Positions 52,901-64,000 of a DNA stretch of 64,000 bases are shown in pieces; position 1 is the stretch's first letter; each line of letters starts with the position of its first letter. The stretch covers positions 29,822,001 through 29,886,000 of the forward strand of contig NC_043018.1 of assembly GCF_006345805.1 (NCBI RefSeq), read 5' to 3'. Both the position numbers and the translations under genes were made by a program. The DNA is from Octopus sinensis. Taxonomy: Eukaryota. A model generated the notes under the pieces. The model was not told the DNA's origin. It did no database searches and was given only the letters and a program-made list of their open reading frames with translations.

Positions 52901-55900
52901 GGCAGAGTTGCTTGAGAGCAACGCGACACTCGCGGTGCCATTCGCCCTTCCTCGGCTTCTTTTGATCCACGACTGCAGTTCGGTCATGGAGACGAGCTGC
53001 GGGAAAGCGTGCCTCACAAACGGCGACCACACTGTTCACCGTCGTCTACATAGAGCCAGAGATGTTGCAGTCTCAGCGCGTGTCTGCGCATCATCAACCA
53101 CGGCATGCCCAGCCCTCCTTTTAGCGGGTGTTGACAGCAAATGGATCGCCTGACCATCGGGACGCATCCTTTCCACAAGAAGCGAAAGAGAATGCGTTGT
53201 AGTTTGGTGATGGTAGGGTCGGGACAAGGTACGACGGTCAGGCGGTAGTAGATGACGGACGCGATGTACGTGTTCGCCACCTCGCCCGACCTTTTAGGGA
53301 CAGTTTCCTCTCGGCCCATTGCCGGGCGAGAGTGACCACCCTACTCGTTATCTCGTTCCAGTTCTTCTCCACTTGGAGGTCCGGACCAAACCAGACCCCG
53401 AGCAACTCAACCGGGCCGTCGGTCCAGCGTCCCACGACGGAGGCGCTGGTGGACGGCATGGGCTTGCTTCTCCAGGTGCCTAGTCGCAAGCCCACTGACT
53501 TTTCCCGGTTGATTTTCGCTCCTGTCACCGCTTCGTAGTTTTTCAGTGTCTCGCCGACCTGCTCGATGTGCGCGTGGCTTGACACTATGACGGTGACGTC
53601 GTCCGCGTATGCAGACACGCTCGTCCCGCATCCCAGTTCTCGCGGGATGCCTCTCAAGGTTGCCAGCTTCCGCAATAATGGCTCGAGAGTCAATACGTAT
53701 AGAAGCGACGAGAGGGGGCATCCCTGACGGACCGAACGTGCGATGTCGAAGGGTCTCGATAGATGTCCATTCACGCGAATTACCGAACGGATGCCTCTGT
53801 ACAAAGCGGCTATCCAGCCGTGGAAGACGGGACCGAAGTCAGCCGCTCCGAGGACCGCCTCCAAGTATCGATGGTCCACCCTATCGAAAGCAAATTGATC
53901 AGCGCCCCACCCATGCCAGGTTCGTTAACTACCCTGTCTATGATGTAGCGCATCAGGTGGAGGTTGTCATGGATGGTCCGGCCTGGCACGGCGCATGTTT
54001 GCGCCTTGTCGACCAGTTTCTCGATGACAAGCGCCAACCTCTTGGCTAGCACCTTGGCCAAAATTTTCAAGTCTGCATTAAGCAGAGTGATGGGCCTAAA
54101 GTTATCTATTACATTTCCCTTGTTTAGATCTTTCTTCAGCAGTGTTACGGCTCCTCGGCTCACAAAACCAGGAATGCTCCCGTTTTGCTGCCAGTTGCAG
54201 TACACCGCCGCCAAGAGATCTCCAAACAAGTCTGGCATACAATTGTAAAGCTCGTAGGGTAGACCATCCAAACCCGGTGATTTGTCCCTCGAGCATTCTG
54301 CCATCGCTTCCTGCACTTCCGCCGCCGTGATGGCACCTTCGCAGCAACCCTGCCTTTCTTGTCGAGAGTCGTGGTAGGCTATGTAGGTAGGCACTGAAGT
54401 CCAACCTACGTTCTTGCCCTCCACTCGTTCCGAACAGTCGGGCAAAATGCTGCTGAAAGGCCTCACACATTTTACTTGGCTCGAGCAATTCGCGCCCCTG
54501 TTCATCTACCAGGGACCGAATAGTGGCTTTGTTGCCCTGTTGCGCCTCTGCCACCGGGCCTCTCTCGCGGCTCCAACACCTTCGTTCCTTAAAGCACGCA
54601 TCCTAGCTCTGACAGCACATCCTTCGTGTTTGGCGTTGAAGTGTTGGTTGAGGGCCAACCTCGCGCCAAAACGTCGGATGCGATGCCGCTTCTAATTGCC
54701 TCTTTAGCTCTTAACTAGCTCACCCTCTACTCTATTTCTATCTATGGCTAGTGCTTTGCTGTACTTAATCGATTCTGCTTTTACTGCTCTCTTGAGGGCA
54801 AAACACCATTTGTTGTTGATGATGGCTCCCGTCAAAGCCCTCTTTACTAGTGTGCTAATCCGGTCTCTGAAAACCTGTCTCGATGGAAAGACGCGTTTAG
54901 TTTCCAGTATCCGGGACCCTGCCTAAGTGTCTTACCTAAGTCTAGCGTACATGTCACAAGTTTGTGATCCGTGTAGCTGACTATGTGGAATTGTGGACAT
55001 CCTATGCTATCTCTGTCTACTGTCCTACACAGTATCCTATCTAGATACGATCTCGACGACCCGATGCGGTTGCTCCATGTCCACGTTGGCGCATTCGGGT
55101 GGTCTAGTCGGAACCTGTCAGACAGTTGAAAGCGTCTGAGTAGGTCTCTGAGGTTTGCATCCGTCTATTTCTATCTCTACCACGTAGTCTACAATGCGTG
55201 CCAAGGTAGCATTCCAATCCCCCACTAAGAGTAAAGGACGAGACGTTCCAAGAATACTTCTAGACGTTGAAAGAAATCCGCCCGACTGTTAAGGGCGGTG
55301 CGTAGACTGATACGAGTCGAAAAGCGCACCCATTGCTGCCGTCGACATCCAGGACGACCAGTCTACCCTCGGGTCTACGAATATTGTCCTTACTTTGAGA
55401 TCCAGATCTTGTGAAAAAGTACCGTGGTGCCACTACCGCCCATTCTCGGCAGACAGGGGAAAAATAAATGTTGAAACTGTCCGCCAAACATGGTCTTTAG
55501 GGCCGCGGATTGTGGAGTCTGGTCTCACTTATGGCTATGATTTCTAACTTATGTGACTTTATGTCATTTAAGAGGTACCCTTGTTCCAAGCGGACCCCAA
55601 GCCACGCGCATTTACACAACCAATCTTGATCATAGTCCTAATGAATTAGAATACAAGTGAAAGGAACAGGGGGTTACTTACTGCTCGAAAGTTTTTGCTT
55701 TCTCCTCCTTTGGTTTGTCCTCGAGGAGATCCCAGTATAGTTTCTTTGTGAGATATTTTTGGCATTTACCAACCGCGCTGGGGAAAATGCCTTTGAGTGT
55801 GTGGTGCAGACTTTTGGAGATGTGTAATATTTTGATGTGGTCTGGTGGTGTTGTGTATGGGTGATTGTTTGTTTTATGTCATCTTCTGTTATGTTTGTTT

Positions 55901-56532
55901 TTGATTGGATGTATTCCATCAAATTTGTGTTTTTGGTGTCTATAGCTGTGAGCATGTTTGCTGTATATATTTTGTGGTGTTGTGTGGCTGTTGTTGCGTT
56001 GGGTTTTGAAATGTCTTCGTGAGATGTATTTCCCCCTGCTTTGTTAGTGTGCATTTGGTTTGGTTGTGTTTCTGCTCTTTATTTTCCTTCTTTTTGTAGC
56101 TATTTGCCATTCCTCACTGGTTTCGTCTTCCGACAAAATTTCTGAGGAATCAGTAGGGGGTAGGGGTATGTTGTGGGCTTCTATGTATGTCTGTGTAAGT
56201 GGTTGTGTTGTTGTTTCGTTGTTGTTGGTTGTTGAGTGTTTGTGTGTGTTGAGTGCGGTATTAAGGGATGGGGGATCAGTTTGTTTGGTTTTCTTTGTTT
56301 TTCTGTTCCTTGGGGTTTGCTGTTGGTGGTGTTGGTATTTTTTCAGGTGTTGAGTGGTTTTTGGTTGATGACGGATTAGCTTGGTGTGCTTCTCTTGTCG
56401 TCTTCTGTGTTGATGGTGGTGTGGGTAGTAGAGCTTTTTTTCCGGAGTGCTTTGGTTGTGGTAGTGGTTGTTGTTGTTGCTCTTGGTGTGCAGTGGTTGG
56501 GCACGTTTTTTTCAAGTGTGTTTCGCTTCCAC
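49917..56532 (-). mobile_element. Tx1-clade (L1 group) LINE: ORF1 C-terminus + ORF2 (APE, RT, Cys-rich C-terminus) + 3' UTR, with ~1.95 kb duplicated segment
   Basis: ORF1 knuckle remnant CGSETHLKKTC; ORF2 start MIKIGCVNARGL at 55633, ETRL, VSVYAP, KSPGLDGLPYE, NFRPITLLNADLKILAK, VRQGCPLSSLLYVL, AYADDVT, GGLGMP, CPRC...ETVLHA..QC; AATAAA near 49922-49927. Confidence 0.92.
52228..55633 (-). pseudogene. Tx1 ORF2, frameshifted as assembled
   Basis: Overlapping ORF pieces 55260-55487, 53810-54505, 53238-53879, 53014-53319, 52413-53039 and 52228-52638. Confidence 0.85.
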
Positions 56533-56692
<160 letters not shown>

Positions 56693-57495
56693 TAAAGGGA
56701 ATCTGCTTGAAGATAGAGGTATATCACACCACACTTGATCACTAGACAGTGTGACACAAATCTCCAGGAAATAATCCATTCCATCACCGAAGGTCACTGA
56801 TGTTTGGTAATCCGCAAATACTAAACCATGTAACTTGTAGTCAAAACACTTACCAGTCATCTTACGATGCTTGTCAATGGAACCTACTTTGGTAATCGAG
56901 AGAGTGACAAACGTGTTGTGCAAGATTTTGTCACTTAAATCCAAAGACGCACAGATGTCTAAGTATCATGTCATTTCTTGAACCATTTTTCTATTTTCTA
57001 AAGTTCTACGTCGATGAACGCGTCGTGACGTGTGAAGATATCTCCGCGCACATCTTGAATTTCTGGCGGTATCATCTGACAAGATGAGACAATCATCATA
57101 TACATATATATATATATATATACATACCTACCTACATACATACATACATACATACATACATACATACATACATACATACATACATACATACATACATACA
57201 TAAGGTGTGAGTGGGAAGGTGTATATGTAATATACGGTTCCGTTAGCATCAACAAAAATGTACTCCATCCAGTGAGAGATTAATATCGCTTGATGTACAA
57301 ATATAAAGATACGAACTAGAAATAGTCTCATTGGAGACACGCGCACATACAAATATATAATATAAAATTTGAACGATTTGAAGTCGGCTACCAGATGCCC
57401 TTTTACTGGATATACATGAGAACATCGGCGAGTATCCGTACAGTCAATAAAAAAAACATTTTTAGTGCGAGAAGATGGAATGAACAGTCTTTATG

Positions 57496-57533
<38 letters not shown>

Positions 57534-57610
57534 CGAATATAAAGAAAATAAAAGACGAAGACAGGTGAGGGAACAAGATGCTGACCCTCGGGAGAGAGAA
57601 TGGTAATGTC

Positions 57611-57644
57611 TTTGACGTTTCGAGCTTTCGCTCTTCGACAGAAG
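57611..57644 (-). ncRNA. minimal hammerhead motif, A6U variant with GAAA-capped stem II
   Basis: ctt-ctgtcga-a-gagc-gaaa-gctc-gaaac-gtc-aaag. Confidence 0.5.
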
Positions 57645-58243
57645 CTACTGCGAGTGGGGGAAGGAGGGAAAACGAAAAAAAACGGAGAGAACAAGGTGTG
57701 TATGGATTAACGGTTCAATACGATGACAATACATATGTGCGTGCGCGTGCGTGTACGTGTGTATTCGTGGATGTGTGCATGCGTGTTTCTGTGCACGTGT
57801 GTCTTTCTGTGCATGCTTGTTTTTGTATGTGTGTGTGTCTGTGTGCGTATATATATATATATATATAAAATTAAAAAAGACCCCACCTTTTATCAATTCA
57901 AAATGAACAATTAAATTACACCATCTAGAAAATTACATATAATAGAAATATCAAATTTAAAATAACAATAAAATGTCAAATTATATACGTTTTTATTATT
58001 ATTTCTTTTTTTTGCAATTTACTTAATCATTGACATTTTATTGTTATTTTAAATTTAATACTTCTATAATATGTAATTTTCTAGATGGTGTAATTCCATT
58101 AGTCATTTTGAATTGATAAAAGGTGTGTTTTTTTTCTAATTTTTTTATATATATATTATATTGGTGAAAATTTTGATTTAGTATTTCTAAATTGAAATTT
58201 GTTTCCTTGTTAAGTTTGGATTTTATTCCCTCAAATAATTTTA

Positions 58244-58321
<78 letters not shown>

Positions 58322-58689
58322 ATATATAGATATATATATATATACATCCCACACAAACATACATTCAACCACGCACATTTACAGTTAAGCATGAATACAT
58401 GCACAAACACAAGGAGTTGTTATGTACACGTATACATGTTTACGGGTGCGTATGCGTGCATATCTGTGTGTATGTATGTGTGTGTGGGGTGCACCTTATC
58501 AGAATACAAAAGTGACATTGCTGGAATAAATACAGAGTGGAGGCGGGGGTGGTGGAGGCGATGTCTGTCATGTCTATTTTATCAGTTGTGTATATGATCG
58601 CGGTTTTTATCTCTTCTGGTTTTCCACTCGACAATAACATGTATGGTGGAGGGGAAGGCAGACTAAATTTCGATTGGTAGCAGTGAAGA

Positions 58690-59010
58690 TGATGATGATG
58701 ATGATGACAGCGATGATATTGATATGGGTTATGATGCCAAACGTGATGTTGATGATGATGATGATGATGATGACGACGACGATGGTGATGATGATGATGA
58801 TGATTACAGCGATGATAATGACGATGGCGATGACGACGTCGACAATGATGATGATGGTGAAAGTAAGATGATGATTGCAATAATGAAAAATGATGGTAAT
58901 GATGGTAAGGAGGAGGAGGAAGAAGAAGAGGATGAGTAGACGGAAGAGGAGGTGGATGACGAAGATAATTATCATGTTGATGAAGTGGGAGACGGTGGCG
59001 ATGACATTGA
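58690..59010. repeat. (GAT/GAC/GAG)n array
   Basis: Direct reading. Confidence 0.9.
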
Positions 59011-59512
59011 TGGAAGGGTGACACCCTTGACATATACTGCTTCACTTTGACTGAAGAACAAAAATGAGAAAAACAAGATGAAGAATAAAAGGAAGATTTG
59101 GAGAAACAAGAAAAACGAAATGGGTACGCAAAAGTCCCTTTCGGTAGAGACGTAGTTAGTTCCCTTTCAACGGTTACATTTGTATCCGAAAAGGGTCAGT
59201 TTATGTACGTTTTCTGTTCACTACTCAGCAAACAGGGAAACTCGAATTTTGAGTATGGATTTTCTGTTGTGAGGACACTGACAATAGATCTCATATTTTG
59301 TATTTAAGAAGGCACACGCATCAAGCGAAATTTTGGGGATGTTTTACCTCCCGGCCTATTAGTAAAGAGATTATGTGCCTCTTGTCAGCAGGTCTAATGA
59401 GTCGACTATATTGTTAAGTGCAATTATGAATGCGAAACAGCCATTACCAACGACTTTATAAAGATATTACTGCTGAACACATATTTTAGGGTGAAGTTAT
59501 ACATACAAACAT

Positions 59513-59550
<38 letters not shown>

Positions 59551-59552
<2 letters not shown>

Positions 59553-59930
59553 CGTGGTGGGGACGCTGACAATGGGTAGTGTCAGAGCTATGCTGTCGGG
59601 AACTTTGGTACCTGGTAGGGCCACCCAAGGCGGATTGGTCTGACACCGAGTGGTATTAGGGCCACAACCCGGCAGACGGGGCTCTGGTGAAAATCCTCGG
59701 AGTGTCTGTTTCGGCAACCGGTGGCTCCTCGGTCGTTCTGCCCCTGCGTCTGCGGAAAATCTGCGGCAAACAGGATGTCTCTACATGCGGGATTGTTGGG
59801 GACCGCTTGTGAAATCCACATATTCCCACGAAACTTCTTCCATGAATTCTCAATGGCGAATACAATGCCTCGAGGGTGGTGGAAGAAGCCGACTCAACCT
59901 GCCAGGGTGAATGTTGCACAAGTACAAGTA
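59551..59930 (+). mobile_element. non-coding RTE-derived short element (RTE-like 5' UTR + (CAAGTA)n tail), copy 1
   Basis: ttcgtggtgggg...agagctatgc...ctggtagggccacccaaggcgga resembles RTE/BovB 5' UTRs; ends caagtacaagta. Confidence 0.6.
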
Positions 59931-59961
59931 TATTACATATATATACCGGCACACACACACA

Positions 59962-60005
<44 letters not shown>

Positions 60006-60035
60006 TATATATATATAATATATATATATATATAT

Positions 60036-60415
60036 TTCGTGGTGGGGACGCTGACAATGGGTAGTGTCAGAGCTATGCTGTCGGGAACTTTGGTTCCTGG
60101 TAGGGCCACCCAAGGCGGATTGGTCTGACACCGAGTGGATTAGGGCCACAACCCGGCAGACGGGCTCTGGTGGTGAAAATTCTCGGAGAGTGTCTGTTTC
60201 GGCAACCGGTGGCTCCTCGGTCGTTCTGCCCCTGGTCTGCGGAAAATCTGCGGCAAACAGGATGTCTCTACATGCGGATGTTTGGGACGCTTGTGAATCC
60301 ACATATTCCCACGAAACTTCTTCCATGATTTCTCAATGGCGAATACAATGCCTCGAGGGTGGTGGAAGAAGCCGACTCAACCTGCCCAGGGTGAATGTTG
60401 CCACAAGTACAAGTA
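60036..60415 (+). mobile_element. RTE-derived short element, copy 2 (tandem duplicate)
   Basis: Near-identical to 59551-59930, including the downstream flank. Confidence 0.6.
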
Positions 60416-60466
60416 TATATATTACATATATATACCGGCACCCCACACACACACAAATATATATAC

Positions 60467-60502
<36 letters not shown>

Positions 60503-60889
60503 GGTCCGGGTTGATTCGGGTTAACCACAGTAATAAAGTACTCAATACATAGTAGATATAAAATTAATTTATTATATAGAAGGAGCTTCTACAGGGACTA
60601 GAACTGTTTCATTCAAGAGAAATCTTCAGGAAGCTAGTTAACAAGAATTGTATTGGCATTTATACATTTAGGCATGTTTTAAAGGGGTGTGGTGGGGGAC
60701 TTTTGGGGGGTAGGCATAGCGCAAATATCATACTTGGGGGAGTGGTCAAGGAGTCAATGTTAAATTAAGATAGAAGAATGAATAAATAAAAAAATAAAAT
60801 AAAAAAATAAAAAAATATATAAAAATATATAAAATATATATATAAAAAAAAAAGGGAATAGAGTTTTAGGTAAAAAGGAGATTCTCACT

Positions 60890-61854
60890 TATACCTATGC
60901 ACATATGATAAATATATACACCACACATACAAAAGTATATACATATACATACACACATACATACACACACACATATATACTATATATATACACTTACACA
61001 TACATATTACATATCTACACATACACATATATGTATACATACACACACTCACATGCATACACATATACACCACATGTATATATACACACACGACCAACAT
61101 AAATATACACACAGAGAAAAATATATATACACATACACACACATACTCACATACACGCATACACACACATATCCACACCACACCACATGCACACACAGCA
61201 CACTAGTCCCTATAAACATATATCACATACACACACATATACACACACATCTATATACATACAATATATATATTATTAAGGTATTAAAAAAAATTACACA
61301 TGGACAAGAACGATAACTCTTAGAAGACGACACAATAAACATGGACAGGACATTTCGAAACCCCTCAGTCTTCACGTCAAACCCGGATCATCGTAGAATG
61401 TAATTTTCTTATGCATACCTACACATACACACATATATATATACACATACAAATACAGACCCATTCCCTTATTTTAATTTTATTATCTTCATTTATTACT
61501 TTTGTTATCTTTGATCGCTGGTCACAAACATCTTGGCTATGACAGCCAGTCCATTTATCTGTCTACTGGAAAACAAGCACTCATTTTACTCACGCACCAC
61601 TCTTTAGCACGTACACTCACTCATTCGTACACTCATAAACATACACACGCACGCACGCGTTATATTCATACATTACATACATCTACATACATTCACGATA
61701 TACACATACGTACGCGTACCTACAGATTCATGTCTACACTATTAGAGGCTAGTCTATCATATACACCAATAAATATAAATACACACACATACATATATAC
61801 CTACATGCAAATACATACATGTATATATATATATATATATACACATCCACATAC

Positions 61855-61890
<36 letters not shown>

Positions 61891-62153
61891 CTATATATAC
61901 ATATATACACATACATATATATATATATATATACATACACACATACACATACATACATATACACACATACACATACATACGTATACATACATACATACAT
62001 ACATCCATACATCCATACATACATACATTTATACACATACACACACCCCCACACGTATACATATACGTACATATATATACGCGCATGCATACACATACAA
62101 ATGCATACACATACGCATATACATATACATACATGCATATACACACACACATA

Positions 62154-62187
<34 letters not shown>

Positions 62188-62668
62188 CACACACATACAT
62201 ATACATAATAACATATACAAATATACGCACACACATACATATATACTCATATACACATACACGCACATACACATGTACATGCGTACCTACACAACACACA
62301 CAGCGCGCATCCATATATACACATAAGTACACACATGCGTAAAAGTATACATATATCTATGCTTACACATACACAAACCCACACGTAACCTCCTTATATT
62401 CATACTTACATGCATACTCAAAAAATAAGTAAATAATAAAATATATATACGCGCAGTTATTCATACATGCATACTCAAAAAATAAATAATAAATATTAAG
62501 TATATGTACGTGCAGTTACCTATTATATAGACGGATACATACATATAAACTTACACACATATATAACTCTACGTACCTACATATACATAAACACACGAGC
62601 GTACACGTATATGTACATATACACATACACATACACACGCATATATATACATACATACACATACACAC

Positions 62669-62743
<75 letters not shown>

Positions 62744-63241
62744 CACACACATATACATGTGTGCAAACATACATACATACTCATACACGCACACACACTT
62801 ACATATACATATATACACACACTTACACACATATATATACATACACATAATACATACATAATACATACAACATATATGCATACATACACACACACATTAT
62901 ATATACATACATACAAATACACATACCTATACTATATATACACATATATACACATGCACATATTTATATCCTACATACTCGCAGCATATACATATATATA
63001 TATATATAATATATAACACACACATACATATACCTATATACAGTATATATACACACATATATATACACATCTACAATTTGTATCTACACTCACATACATG
63101 CACATACACATAACTCTACATACCTACATTATACATCGACATACTCGCGTACACTCATATATATACAAATATATACATATACACCCAACACATACATATA
63201 CATATACATATATATATAAATATATACATAATACCACATAT

Positions 63242-63278
<37 letters not shown>

Positions 63279-63290
63279 CAACACACACAC

Positions 63291-63348
<58 letters not shown>

Positions 63349-63715
63349 CATACATACACAATACATACATGTACATATACATATACATACACATATATAC
63401 ACACACATACATATATCAACAATGAGGGTAAAGTTAATTAGTTATTAATCAGTTTCACCAAGTATTCAGTATGTAAAAGGACCATTATTTTTTTGAGTAA
63501 ATAATGTCTGAGGAAAATATTCTCTAAGTAGTGGAATAGGTTAAAAAAACCTTTTTGGCTGCTATTTCTAGAAAGTTCAGTATGTGGCAAAGTAATTATT
63601 TTACTAAGCCCTAATTATTAATATTTTTATAACATACATACACATACATACACACATACATATACACCATACATATGCATTAACACATATATACATATAT
63701 ACATATATACATATA

Positions 63716-63746
<31 letters not shown>

Positions 63747-63880
63747 GCACATACATATACATATATATATATTTTTTTTTTTACATACATACACACACAC
63801 ACACATAATACATGCGTATATTCCTACTATACCCATACATTTCTATACATATATACGATACACATATACAGGCGTGCACA
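60890..63880. repeat. ~3 kb degenerate (CA/TA/CATA)n field
   Basis: Direct reading; source of the HTYI/MYVC ORFs. Confidence 0.9.
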
Positions 63881-64000
63881 TACAATATGTGAAAGGTCTT
63901 AGGAGAAAAGGTAATCGGGGGTGCTAGGGGAACGGTGGGATTGGGGGGGTTTTGTGGGTGGGGTGTCATCAATCTGGTTGCCGGGTAGGTCTATAGCTCT

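Noticed and set aside
60597-60637. Hammerhead-like ctgaaga...gaaac-a-gtt (minus)
   Set aside because: Stem I does not pair next to the core and stem II is poor; at best a decayed remnant.
61345-61385. Hammerhead-like words on both strands
   Set aside because: Could not assemble core, stem I and stem II consistently.
61502-63448. Many long HTYI/MYVC ORFs, also at 8.6, 10.3, 27.2, 45.8 and 49.0 kb
   Set aside because: Dinucleotide and tetranucleotide repeats lack stops in some frames.

Overview
Eukaryotic, AT-rich, microsatellite-saturated DNA, intergenic or intronic, with one 100-N gap. The SINE families and repeat texture resemble octopus/cephalopod genomes (inference). No intact host gene, rRNA, tRNA gene or CRISPR array can be supported. 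Most ORFs in the track are translated simple repeats. Identifiable content is transposon-derived: two abundant tRNA-headed SINE families (called A and B here), a 5'-truncated CR1-group LINE, a ~6.6 kb Tx1-clade LINE with a ~1.95 kb internal duplication, two R4/Dong-type LINEs, two Penelope-like elements (PLEs), RTE pieces, a full-length and a deleted mariner, and hAT, Merlin and Helitron fragments. Highlights: (1) both SINE families share their 3' stem-loop tails with a LINE in this same window (A with the CR1-group LINE, B with the Tx1 LINE); (2) apparent microsatellite targeting (Tx1 in (GATA)n, Dong in (TAA)n); (3) eight type I hammerhead-ribozyme motifs, including a fully canonical one in a ~353 bp unit bounded by 20-bp direct repeats (retrozyme-like) and a U3-A8 compensatory variant at a PLE end. 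All alignments and folds were done by eye.
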